Source: an uncultured Nitrospirales bacterium
GTDB taxonomy: Bacteria > Nitrospirota > Nitrospiria > Nitrospirales > NS-4
Direction: 5' to 3'
NCBI GenBank assembly: GCA_964472655.1
Contig: CAYYLQ010000002.1
Coordinates: forward strand, 66,295-130,294
DNA length: 64,000 nt
The notes under the pieces are model-generated. The model ran no database searches. It worked only from the letters and a program-made list of their open reading frames with translations, and was not told where the DNA came from. Below, piece by piece: positions 10,739 to 19,677 of this stretch. How positions within the stretch are numbered: the first letter of the stretch is position 1; every line of letters begins with the position of its first letter. Both the position numbers and the translations under genes were made by a program.

Positions 10739-11395
10739 ATGCGACGTCGTGCAAACAGGCTGGCGGTTGTCCTGGCCGGCAGCTTGATCGGCGGGGCTAT
10801 CGGGGGGATGACGGCGACGGCGTGGGCAGGGCCTTCGACCGATGCTATCAAGAAGTCCGTTGACGAGGTGATCCGCATCCTGGAAGACCCGGCGTGGAAG
10901 AAACCGGAAAAAAAGGAAGAGCGCCGCAAGCTGCTGGAACAGACCATCGCCCAACGGTTCAATTTTACCGAAATGGCGAAGCGGAGTCTGGGGGCTGAAT
11001 GGGCCAAGCGGACGCCGGAGGAGCAAAAGGAATTCGCGGCCAATTTCCAGACCTTGCTGGCCAATACGTACATCGGACGGATCGAGGCCTACTCAGGCGA
11101 GAAGGTGCAGTACCTCAAGGAAATGAGTGACGGTGAGTTCGCGGAAGTCTATACGCATGTCGACACCGGCAAGTCCGTGGTCGACATCAATTACCGACTT
11201 CAGAAAAATTCCGAGGACTGGCGCGTCTACGATGTGGTGGTGGAAGGCACCAGCCTGGTCCAGAATTACCGCGAGCAGTTCAAGAGAATCCTCCGCAAGG
11301 ATTCATTTGCGGGACTGTCCAAGCAACTTCGGGATAAGTCGGCCAACATACGCGCTCCTGCTCCGGACGGCAGCGACACGGCCAAAGGTCGATGA
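10739..11395 (+). CDS. mlaC: MlaC/Ttg2D-like periplasmic lipid-binding protein
   Basis: ATG 10739 follows GGAGGAG (10723-10729). Signal peptide MRRRANRLAVVLAGSLIGGAIGGMTATAWA. MlaC-like blocks (FNFTEMAKRSLG, FQTLLANTYI, WRVYDVVVEGTSLVQNYREQF). The ORF track starts at 10700. Confidence 0.7.
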   Translation: MRRRANRLAVVLAGSLIGGAIGGMTATAWAGPSTDAIKKSVDEVIRILEDPAWKKPEKKEERRKLLEQTIAQRFNFTEMAKRSLGAEWAKRTPEEQKEFAANFQTLLANTYIGRIEAYSGEKVQYLKEMSDGEFAEVYTHVDTGKSVVDINYRLQKNSEDWRVYDVVVEGTSLVQNYREQFKRILRKDSFAGLSKQLRDKSANIRAPAPDGSDTAKGR

Positions 11396-11401
11396 GCTCT
11401 G

Positions 11402-12610
11402 GTGACACTTTTTCTTCGCGTTGTTGGTGTTGCCTCAGCCTATGCGTTCGGATTGTTTCTTGCCCCGTTGCCGGAGGCGCGTGCCGAGGAGCAGTCCTAT
11501 TTCGTGATCCCGGCCGTCGCGGCGTCGAAGAACGACGGCGTGGACGTGGGGGTGATCGTCCCCTATGTCTTTGCGGACGACGAGGGCCGCGTGACCCAGA
11601 TCGTCGCGCCGATGTATATTCACAATGAATTTGTGGGCTCACGCGGGACAATCAACATCTTTCAGTATCCGGAGCGCGGGGAACAATACAAGCTCATTGC
11701 GTCGTTCACGGAGAAGATTGAGCGCAAATTCCTGCTCGACTACCAGAATCTCTTTCTGGAGCAAGGGCGGTACAGCCTGGAAGGAAACGTCGGGTTTTTC
11801 AAAAATGCGACGGCGCGGTTTTTCGGGATCGGCCCTCAGACCTCTGTAGCGCAAGAAACCAACTATACTGACCGCGAACTCCTGGGGCATATCACGGGCG
11901 GGCTCTATGTCGGACCCGGCCGGCGGGTGCTGTTCACTGAACGGCTGCGGAATGTAGATGTACAGGTGGGTGCGGTGCACAATCTCCCTTTTACCCAAGC
12001 GGTGTTTCCGACGATCAAAGGGACGGGCGGGGCGACGGTATGGGGCCACAAGCTGGCGTTCCTCGACGATACGCGGGACGACACGCTGACGCCCACGATC
12101 GGGACCTACTTTACAATGTTCGCGGAACTGGCGCAGACCCTGACGGCCGACACGAAAACCATCTTCAGCCGGTACGGGTTCGACTATCGGATGCTGCTGC
12201 CGAATCAGACCAAGGAGTACACTTTTGTGGTCCGGGCAAAATTGGAGGCCACGGTCGGCGGCGCTGAAATTCCGTTCTTCGAACGGAGCAGTCTGGGCGG
12301 CCAGAACTCGCTGCGCGGATTTGGCGTGGGCCGTTTTGTCGACAACCATGCCCTTGTTCTGAACGTCGAGGAGCGGATCCAGTTGTTTCATCTGAAGGTC
12401 TTTGGCACCGTCGCCGAAGTGGAGACGGCGCCCTTCCTCGACGTCGGCAAGGTGACAAATACATTCCGGTACCGGGCCTTCTCCCAGTACGAGGCCAACC
12501 CCGGCATCGGGTTTCGGGCAATCGCACGTCCCAATGTCGTGGGACGGGTGGATTTTGCAAACGGTAACGAAGGGCAAACCGTGTTTGCGGGACTGGACTT
12601 TCCCTTCTGA
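11402..12610 (+). CDS. Omp85-family outer-membrane beta-barrel without recognisable POTRA domains
   Basis: Signal peptide ending EARA. Bacterial-surface-antigen type C-terminal barrel motifs (FFERSSLGGQNSLRGFGVGRF). Terminal Phe (GLDFPF). Confidence 0.65.
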   Translation: MTLFLRVVGVASAYAFGLFLAPLPEARAEEQSYFVIPAVAASKNDGVDVGVIVPYVFADDEGRVTQIVAPMYIHNEFVGSRGTINIFQYPERGEQYKLIASFTEKIERKFLLDYQNLFLEQGRYSLEGNVGFFKNATARFFGIGPQTSVAQETNYTDRELLGHITGGLYVGPGRRVLFTERLRNVDVQVGAVHNLPFTQAVFPTIKGTGGATVWGHKLAFLDDTRDDTLTPTIGTYFTMFAELAQTLTADTKTIFSRYGFDYRMLLPNQTKEYTFVVRAKLEATVGGAEIPFFERSSLGGQNSLRGFGVGRFVDNHALVLNVEERIQLFHLKVFGTVAEVETAPFLDVGKVTNTFRYRAFSQYEANPGIGFRAIARPNVVGRVDFANGNEGQTVFAGLDFPF

Positions 12611-12624
12611 CGCATGAGGCGATA

Positions 12625-13677
12625 TTGAACGATCAGCAGAAGGGAGGGGGCCGGCCGGGTGCCCCGTGGTTCGTGCTGGGCGTGCTCACGGTCGTGCTCT
12701 TTCTGGGGCAGTCGACAGGGACCGCCGCCGCTGAAGTTTTCATCGGCCAGGGCCTCGTGCCAGTCCGAAACTACCAGCCCCTCCAGGGGCTGTCGTTGCA
12801 GATGCCGGGAGAGTCGGCGATTCCGTTGAAAAAGGGCGAACTCAGTCTACGCGCCGATTTTGCCGAAACGAGCACCATCCTGCATGAGGTGACTCCCGTC
12901 GCGAATGGCGTGCTGAAGTTCGGCCAGCTCCGTTCCGCCATTGACGTCCGGTATGGAACCGCCATGGAGAACGTGGAGGTGGGACTCGAGATCGCGTCGG
13001 TGTATCGCCATTCGACCGGACTGGACGGGCTGATCCTGGCGGTAGAGAGTTTCTTTGATAGGAGAGCCCCCGCTCGGAAGCAACTCAAGAATTCCGGTTT
13101 CGTCTACGTGCTCAACCGAAACGGACAGACTCTGCTCAATGGGCCGAACGACGCCTATGGGCTCACCGATGCTGTTTTGCACGCTAAAGGCCTGATGGTC
13201 GATGAAGGGCAGTACGCTCCGGCAGTGTCCCTGCGGCTGGCTCTGAATGTGCCGATGGGTGACCGGAGCCGTGCGTTCGGGACCCGTGTTGCGGATCTGG
13301 GCGTCGGATTGGCGCTCCAAAAGACCGTCTGGAATCGGGTGGTCCTCTATGTCAACGTCAATGAAATCCTGCCGACCGGGCAGTATTTGGGGGTAGGGCT
13401 TCGAAGCTATTTCACGTCGATCACGGGCGTGGAGTTCATGGTGACGCCGCAGTTCTCGATCACGGGACAGTTTGACTATTACCAGTCGCCGTTCGGCAAC
13501 ACGGGACTCAAGCTTTTGGATAACGGAGTCACCGAAGCCGTCTTGGCCTTCGGCTACCGTTTCACGCCGACTCTCCTCTGGCAGATCTACGGCGTAGAGA
13601 ACCTCGATTTTATCAGGGATTCCGCCGCAGATTTTACGCTTGCGACGGTGCTGACCTATCGAATTCCTCCGAGGTAG
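12625..13677 (+). CDS. Putative outer-membrane beta-barrel protein of unknown function (DUF3187-like, tentative)
   Basis: TTG start after GAGG. Signal peptide (WFVLGVLTVVLFLGQSTGTAAA). Alternating beta-strand pattern through to the C-terminus. It is the last gene of the shc operon. Confidence 0.45.
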   Translation: MNDQQKGGGRPGAPWFVLGVLTVVLFLGQSTGTAAAEVFIGQGLVPVRNYQPLQGLSLQMPGESAIPLKKGELSLRADFAETSTILHEVTPVANGVLKFGQLRSAIDVRYGTAMENVEVGLEIASVYRHSTGLDGLILAVESFFDRRAPARKQLKNSGFVYVLNRNGQTLLNGPNDAYGLTDAVLHAKGLMVDEGQYAPAVSLRLALNVPMGDRSRAFGTRVADLGVGLALQKTVWNRVVLYVNVNEILPTGQYLGVGLRSYFTSITGVEFMVTPQFSITGQFDYYQSPFGNTGLKLLDNGVTEAVLAFGYRFTPTLLWQIYGVENLDFIRDSAADFTLATVLTYRIPPR

Positions 13678-13690
13678 GAGATGGGAATTC

Positions 13691-13719
13691 TTGACACGCA
13701 CGTGTGGCTGTGTGAAAAT
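13691..13719 (+). promoter_or_regulatory. Sigma70-like promoter candidate upstream of dxs
   Basis: TTGACA (13691-13696), a 17-nt spacer, then GAAAAT (13714-13719) preceded by TGT, which resembles an extended -10. Confidence 0.35.
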
Positions 13720-13793
13720 AACCTGGTTTTTCGTGCAGTTTTCCCATCACAGCAAGAGAAGACGTTGCACGCAGTCACCAAGAGGCCGATGAC

Positions 13794-15692
13794 ATGTCCC
13801 TTTTGAAGACGATCAACAGCCCGGCCGATTTGAAACGGGTGCCGGTCGAGCAACTTCCAGCACTGGCTGAGGAGATCCGTGAGCAGATCATCTCAGTGAC
13901 GTCGGCCGTGGGCGGGCATCTGTCGTCCAACCTCGGTGTGGTCGAGCTCACCCTGGCGTTGCATTACCTGCTGGACACGCCCAAAGACAAGATCGTCTGG
14001 GATACCAGCAATCAGGCATACGCCCACAAGCTCCTGACCGGCCGGCGCGAGCTGTTCCGCACGCTCCGCCAGTACGGCGGGGTCAGCGGCTTCTGCAAGC
14101 GAGAGGAGAGCATCTACGATACGTTCAACGCGGGCCATGCCGGAACCGGCGTCTCAGCGGCGATGGGGATGGCAGTGGCGCGAGACTTGGCGGAACAGCA
14201 CCATAAAGTCGTGTGCGTAGTGGGCGATGGGGCGATGACGTCCGGCATGACCCTGGAGGCCATGCAGCACGCGGGCGGTCTGCGCAAGGACCTGCTGGTC
14301 ATTCTCAACGACAATCAGATGTCCATCTCCAAGAACGTCGGCTCGCTCTCGGCCTATCTGAACCGCACGTTCACCGGCGAATTTATGACCCATATGAAGG
14401 CAGAGGCCAAGCATCTCATCCAGGCGATCCCACAGGTGGGCGGTCAGATCAGTCGGATGGCGCACCGCGCCGAGGAGCTGGCGAAAGGCCTGATCCTGCC
14501 GGGCGTCCTATTCGAGGAACTGGGCTTCCGGTATGTCGGTCCGATCGACGGGCACAGCTTCGAGCAGTTGCTGCCGACCCTGGAGAACGTGCTCAAATTA
14601 CAGGGGCCGACGCTGTTCCACGTGATTACGAAGAAGGGGCTCGGCTACGAGCCCGCCATGAAGGATCCGGTCTGGTTCCATGCCTGCTCGGCGTTCGTGC
14701 GTGAGACGGGGCAGCCCGCTACGAAAAGCGCGAAGCCGTCCTACACCGCGGTGGCGATCAACACCCTCTGCCGGCTGGCGCGTGAAGACAAACGCATCGT
14801 CGCGATCACGGCGGCTATGTGCGACGGCACGGGCCTGAACGCCTTCGCCAAGCAGTTCCCAGACCGCTTCCACGACGTCGGCATCGCAGAGCAGCACGCG
14901 CTGACTTTTGCCGCGGGCCTTGCGACGCAAGGCGTCCGGCCGGTGGTGGCGATGTACTCCACGTTCCTGCAGCGGGCGTTTGACCAAGTCGTGCACGACG
15001 TGGCGACACAGAACCTGCCGGTCTCCATTTTCATCGACCGGGGCGGGCTGGTGGCCGAGGACGGCACGACGCACCACGGCGCGTTCGATTACGCCTTTCT
15101 CCGGCACGTGCCGAACATGGTGGTGATGGCGCCGAAGGATGAGAACGAGCTCCAGCACATGGTCAAGACATGCCTGAGCCACGAAGGCCCGGCCTCCGTC
15201 CGGTACTCCCGCGGGAGCGCCTGGGGCGTACCTATGGACCCTGAGCCGAAGGCCCTGCCGCTCGGGCGGGGCGAGCTGTTGCGCGAAGGGCATGACGTGG
15301 CCCTCGTCGCAATCGGGATTACAGTGCTCCCCGCGTTGCGGGCTGCCGAACGGCTGGCGGAGGAAGGCATCTCGGCCGCCGTCGTAAACGCCCGCTTCGT
15401 CAAGCCGCTCGATCATGCGCTGATCGCGCGGGTCGCCGGCCGGGTGAAGTGCCTTGTGACGGTGGAGGAAGGCTGCCGCATGGGCGGCTTCGGGTCCGCG
15501 GTATTGGAATCGTTGTCGGAGCAGGGCATCGGCCCCCTGTTGACGAAGGTGATGGGCCTGCCCGATAAATACATCGAGCAGGGGCCACAAGATCTGCTGC
15601 GCGTGCAGTACGGGTTGACGGCGGACGGGATCTACGAAGAGACGAAGGACTTGCTGGCCAAGGCCGATTTTCAGGTCGAGGAACGGTTCTGA
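13794..15692 (+). CDS. dxs: 1-deoxy-D-xylulose-5-phosphate synthase
   Basis: Typical N-terminus MSLLKTINSPADLK. TPP-binding motif GDGAMTSGMTLEAM...LNDNQMSIS. Transketolase-like pyrimidine-binding and C-terminal domains. Confidence 0.95.
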   Translation: MSLLKTINSPADLKRVPVEQLPALAEEIREQIISVTSAVGGHLSSNLGVVELTLALHYLLDTPKDKIVWDTSNQAYAHKLLTGRRELFRTLRQYGGVSGFCKREESIYDTFNAGHAGTGVSAAMGMAVARDLAEQHHKVVCVVGDGAMTSGMTLEAMQHAGGLRKDLLVILNDNQMSISKNVGSLSAYLNRTFTGEFMTHMKAEAKHLIQAIPQVGGQISRMAHRAEELAKGLILPGVLFEELGFRYVGPIDGHSFEQLLPTLENVLKLQGPTLFHVITKKGLGYEPAMKDPVWFHACSAFVRETGQPATKSAKPSYTAVAINTLCRLAREDKRIVAITAAMCDGTGLNAFAKQFPDRFHDVGIAEQHALTFAAGLATQGVRPVVAMYSTFLQRAFDQVVHDVATQNLPVSIFIDRGGLVAEDGTTHHGAFDYAFLRHVPNMVVMAPKDENELQHMVKTCLSHEGPASVRYSRGSAWGVPMDPEPKALPLGRGELLREGHDVALVAIGITVLPALRAAERLAEEGISAAVVNARFVKPLDHALIARVAGRVKCLVTVEEGCRMGGFGSAVLESLSEQGIGPLLTKVMGLPDKYIEQGPQDLLRVQYGLTADGIYEETKDLLAKADFQVEERF

Positions 15693-15694
15693 GC

Positions 15695-16870
15695 ATGTTC
15701 ATCAAGCGGCGCAAGACGAAGCAGATCCGCGTGGGCCAGGTGCCCATCGGCGGGGGCGCGCCGGTGGTGGTCCAGTCCATGACGACGCCGGACACGGCTG
15801 ACGTCAAAGCCACGGTCGAGCAGATCCATCAGCTGGAGCAGGTCGGGTGCGAGATCGTCCGGGTGACGGTGAACACGCCGGAGGCCGCGAAGGCGCTCCC
15901 GGCCATCAGAAAACAGACTGTGGTGCCGCTCATCGCCGACATTCACTTCGACCACCGGCTGGCGCTCAAGGCCGCGGAGGTCGTGGACTGTGTGCGCATC
16001 AATCCCGGCAACATCGGGGCCTGGTGGAAGGTGGAAGAAGTGGTGAAGGCCGTGCGGGAACGGAACATCCCCCTGCGGATCGGCGTCAACGGCGGCTCAC
16101 TCGAACGGGAACTGCTGACGAAGTACGGCTATCCGACGGCCGAGGCGCTGGCGGAGTCGGCGCTCAACGCCGTACACGCGATCGAGGACATCGGCTTCAC
16201 GAACATGAAGGTGTCGCTCAAGGCGTCGGACGTGCCCTTGATGGTGGATGCGTACCGGCTCTTTGCCCTGCAATCGGACTACCCCCTGCACCTGGGCGTG
16301 ACGGAGGCCGGCACGCTGCTGACCGGTTCGATCAAGTCCTCGGTTGGTATCGGCCTGCTGCTGGCCGACGGCATCGGGGACACGATCCGCGTGTCGCTGG
16401 CGGCCGATCCGGTGGAGGAAGTCAAGGTCGGGTTCGAGGTTCTCAAGGCGCTCGAATTGCGGCACCGCGGGGTCAACGTCATCGCCTGTCCGACGTGCGG
16501 GCGGGTGGAGATTGACGTGGTCAAGCTCGCCAATGAGATCGAGAAACGGGTGGGGCATATCCGGGTTCCGTTGACGGTGTCGGTGCTGGGCTGCGTCGTG
16601 AACGGGATCGGCGAAGGCAAGGAGGCCGACATCGGCATCGCCGGCGGCGAGGGCCAAGGGGGTCATGGCATTCTCTTCAAAGAGGGGAAGCTGATCCGGA
16701 AGGTCAAGTCGGAAGATCTGATGGAGACGTTGCTCGCCGAAATCGAGATCATGGCCAAGGAGCGGGAAGCCGGCGGCGCGGAAGACAAAGACAACGGGCA
16801 CGGCCACGGCGGTGCTCAGGGTGATGCGGCGACTCCCGCGAAGAAGGAAATTCCGGTCCTCAAGGTCTGA
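15695..16870 (+). CDS. ispG: 4-hydroxy-3-methylbut-2-enyl diphosphate synthase (GcpE)
   Basis: GcpE-type sequence throughout (VQSMTTPDT, RVTVNTPEAA, RINPGNIG). Cluster cysteines CPTCGR and GCVVNGIGE. Starts 2 nt after the dxs stop. Carries a roughly 35-aa Gly/His/Asp-rich C-terminal tail. Confidence 0.95.
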   Translation: MFIKRRKTKQIRVGQVPIGGGAPVVVQSMTTPDTADVKATVEQIHQLEQVGCEIVRVTVNTPEAAKALPAIRKQTVVPLIADIHFDHRLALKAAEVVDCVRINPGNIGAWWKVEEVVKAVRERNIPLRIGVNGGSLERELLTKYGYPTAEALAESALNAVHAIEDIGFTNMKVSLKASDVPLMVDAYRLFALQSDYPLHLGVTEAGTLLTGSIKSSVGIGLLLADGIGDTIRVSLAADPVEEVKVGFEVLKALELRHRGVNVIACPTCGRVEIDVVKLANEIEKRVGHIRVPLTVSVLGCVVNGIGEGKEADIGIAGGEGQGGHGILFKEGKLIRKVKSEDLMETLLAEIEIMAKEREAGGAEDKDNGHGHGGAQGDAATPAKKEIPVLKV

Positions 16871-16926
16871 TCGCGACTTGCCCGTCTTGTGCCGGTGTCG
16901 GCACTCCGTTTATAATCCCTCGCGAA

Positions 16927-17002
16927 GGCGCCGTACCCAAGTGGTTAAGGGAGCAGTCTGCAAAACTGCGATGCAGCGGTTCGACCCCGCTCGGCGCCTC
17001 CA
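16927..17002 (+). tRNA. tRNA-Cys (anticodon GCA), CCA encoded
   Basis: Hand-folded cloverleaf. Acceptor GGCGCCG/CGGCGCC. Anticodon stem GCAGT/ACTGC with loop CTGCAAA. T-arm AGCGG-TTCGACC-CCGCT. Discriminator T followed by CCA. Confidence 0.9.
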
Positions 17003-17047
17003 AGCCCGCCTTCGAAATTTTCGCCGCGAACCATTTTTTCTCGGAGG

Positions 17048-17326
17048 CTAACCCGAGGTTGTTTTCGCATCAGACTCCGAGAGGCGATGACAAATCAAAT
17101 CTAAGACATCTGCGAAGGTTTGGAGCTTCTTCATGTCGGCATCTAGAATTGTAAGGCCGAACTCATCCTCTATGCCCATTGCCAGCTCGACGGCATCGAG
17201 CGAATCCAGCGCCAGGTCGTCGACGAGACGATCCGTGGGCTTGATCACTTCCTTCTTCACCCCGGTCTTCTCGATCAAGATTTTCTTTAAACGTTCTCGT
17301 ATATTTTCCAGATCCATCCAAGCCAA
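17048..17326 (-). CDS. Acyl carrier protein (dedicated, second-copy type)
   Basis: Phosphopantetheine attachment motif LALDSLDAVEL. Size of 92 aa. Confidence 0.85.
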   Translation of the reverse strand: MAWMDLENIRERLKKILIEKTGVKKEVIKPTDRLVDDLALDSLDAVELAMGIEDEFGLTILDADMKKLQTFADVLDLICHRLSESDAKTTSG

Positions 17327-17380
17327 CTCCTTGCCGAAGCGTTAATCTTCAAGCATTCTAATCAAGAAAGCCGAAAAGGG

Positions 17381-18628
17381 TCAAGCGGATACCCTGCGTA
17401 GCGCAAGAACTGCGTTCGTACCGCCAAACGCAAAAGCGTTGACCAGGGCCGTCCGCACATCGGTACGTCGAGCGGTGTTAGGAATGTAATCAAGATCGCA
17501 TTCCGGGTCATGGTGTTCATAATTGATGGTGGGGGGCAAGCTTTGGTCGCGCAGCGCCATGATCGTCGCGATGGTCGCCAACGCCCCTGAAGCTCCGAGC
17601 GTATGCCCGATCATGGACTTGATTGAGCTCACCGCCAGTTTCGAAACATGGGGGCCGAAAACCTGCTTGATAGCTTTTGTCTCTCTTGCATCATTGAACG
17701 GAGTGGAGGTGCCGTGGGCGCTGATGTAATCGATGTCGCCGGGATGGAAACCGGCATCGGACAGCACCAAAGCCAAGCAACGAGTAGCGCCATCGGCGTC
17801 TGGCGCGGGGGTTGTGGAATGGTAGGCGTCAGCCGTCATCGCGTACCCGCAGAGTTCGGCGTAGATGCGGGCCCCACGGGCAAGGGCATGGTCTCGTTCC
17901 TCCAAGATGACGACCCCGGACCCTTCGCCCAGCACGAAGCCGTCCCGCTGCGCATCAAAGGGACGGCTGGCATGCTGGGGGGCTTCGTTCCGTGACGAAA
18001 GTGCCCGCATCGAGTCAAAGCCCCAGAGGACAAGCGGCGTAACGATGGCCTCGCTTCCCCCGGCCAGCATGATGTCGGCATCGCCGCGCTGAATTAGCCG
18101 GAAGGCATCGCCAATGGCATGACTCCCGGCAGCGCAGGCGGTGCTGGGAGAGGTATTCGGTCCTTTCGCGCCATACCGCATCGAAATCCATCCCGCGGCC
18201 ATGTTGGGGATGATCGCCGGGATCATATACGGCACCGCTCTGCCGGCTCCATATTGCGATAGGATGCTCTGGGCTTCCATGAGCTTCGGCACTCCTCCCA
18301 TTGCCGTGCCAATACTCGTCCCTGTCCGGTCAGCGGTCCCTCCGGACAAGACGAGCGAAGCATCGCGCATGGCTTCTTCGGTTGCCGCCAGGGCGTATTG
18401 AATAAAGAGGTCCGTCCGGAGAACGTCCTTCTTTTCCATAAACGCCAGAGGATCGAAATTCGGGACTTGCGCGGCGATTTGCGTTCTATGTTGGTGGGGG
18501 TCGAATCGCGTAATCCGGCCGACTCCGGAACGTCCTTCCGTGAGGCCTTGCCAAAATCTTCTGACCCCTGCACCCAGTGGTGTGACCGCGCCCATCCCTG
18601 TTACAACGACGCGTTGCCTAGCCATCAC
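17381..18628 (-). CDS. Beta-ketoacyl-ACP synthase II-like (FabF family)
   Basis: Cys-His-His triad contexts are present (PSTACAAGSHAIG, ADAYHSTTP, ISAHGTSTPFND). C-terminal GFGGTNA-type motif (FAFGGTNAVL). Confidence 0.9.
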   Translation of the reverse strand: MMARQRVVVTGMGAVTPLGAGVRRFWQGLTEGRSGVGRITRFDPHQHRTQIAAQVPNFDPLAFMEKKDVLRTDLFIQYALAATEEAMRDASLVLSGGTADRTGTSIGTAMGGVPKLMEAQSILSQYGAGRAVPYMIPAIIPNMAAGWISMRYGAKGPNTSPSTACAAGSHAIGDAFRLIQRGDADIMLAGGSEAIVTPLVLWGFDSMRALSSRNEAPQHASRPFDAQRDGFVLGEGSGVVILEERDHALARGARIYAELCGYAMTADAYHSTTPAPDADGATRCLALVLSDAGFHPGDIDYISAHGTSTPFNDARETKAIKQVFGPHVSKLAVSSIKSMIGHTLGASGALATIATIMALRDQSLPPTINYEHHDPECDLDYIPNTARRTDVRTALVNAFAFGGTNAVLALRRVSA

Positions 18629-18675
18629 TTTCCCCCAATAAGCGTTGGATGGCGGTCAGTCGCAGACGAGTTCTA

Positions 18676-19677
18676 TTATAACAGGGAGTCGGCGGAATGG
18701 TGATTGCGCAGTGTAGGCTTTTCCTTGGGCAACTGGGCGCCGAAAAACTCGGCCAACGCTGCCACCACTGAGTGCCTCTGCTTATCGACCGTAATCACGT
18801 GGTAGCAGTCTTCTAAGAGGACCAACCGTTTCTCCCTGGAGGAGATTTCGTCATGGACGATCTGGGCATTGCGTGGGCTGGAAAGGTCATCCTCCAGGGC
18901 TTGGAGAATGACGGTGGGTGCGGTGACGGCTCGCAACCGGCTGCGAACGCGTGTGATGAGCCGATCGAGATCGGTGAACGTTTTCAATGGAAATACCGGG
19001 TAGCCTATCGTTGCCGCCGAAGAGGCTGAAATCCCGTTATTCCCGGCATGGTTGGTCCAACGTGTCCAATGGGCGCGCAGCCACTCCCGCAGCAACGTGA
19101 GCATACTATAAGACTGCTGCATACGAGCCTGGAGTTGCTCGTCCTTGATTCCGAAGGGAGGCCCATCGACGTGAAAGAAGAAAGATTGCAAGGGACGGGG
19201 GATCCATTTCATGGCCAATGGCAGGATTGCGTGTGTCCAGGGAGTATTCCACCCATCGTAGATGAATGTCGGGGAAAGGACCCCGACGCCATTAATACCC
19301 ACGAAGGCTGAGGCTTCCAGGGCCAGGAGTCCACCTGCGCTGAGACCGGCCACAAAGATATAGTCGTAGCGATCCCGCGCAAAGGCAAGTTGCGCCTTGA
19401 TATGTTCCAGCCAGTCATGGTCATTGGTCTTCAGAAGGTCTCTGAGCCGCGTGCCGTGGCCTGGCAGCGTCGTTGCGTAGACGTCCCATCGATGGCGCGC
19501 CAGTCCCCGGCCCAGGTAGCGCATCTCGGTCGGTGTGCCGGTCACACCGTGGATCAGGTACACCAAGACCTTCGAACCGTTCTCAAAGGCCAGGTCGGTG
19601 CTCCGGCGACCGACCATGCCATCGAGCAGGCTCGGCGGTTTGGCAGGGTTCTGGCTGAGGTTTAGTGTTTCGTGCAT
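18676..19677 (-). CDS. Alpha/beta-fold hydrolase (esterase, lipase or thioesterase-like)
   Basis: Oxyanion-type LIHGVTGTP. Nucleophile elbow GLSAGG. Candidate acid and His residues (LEDDLS, CYHVITVD). Confidence 0.75.
   Translation of the reverse strand: MHETLNLSQNPAKPPSLLDGMVGRRSTDLAFENGSKVLVYLIHGVTGTPTEMRYLGRGLARHRWDVYATTLPGHGTRLRDLLKTNDHDWLEHIKAQLAFARDRYDYIFVAGLSAGGLLALEASAFVGINGVGVLSPTFIYDGWNTPWTHAILPLAMKWIPRPLQSFFFHVDGPPFGIKDEQLQARMQQSYSMLTLLREWLRAHWTRWTNHAGNNGISASSAATIGYPVFPLKTFTDLDRLITRVRSRLRAVTAPTVILQALEDDLSSPRNAQIVHDEISSREKRLVLLEDCYHVITVDKQRHSVVAALAEFFGAQLPKEKPTLRNHHSADSLL

Noticed and set aside
16871-17047. tRNA-Cys as an integration site for a genomic island (the lipid operon beyond it)
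   Set aside because: I saw no direct repeat of the tRNA 3' end, no integrase and no obvious compositional break. The downstream genes are ordinary biosynthetic genes.
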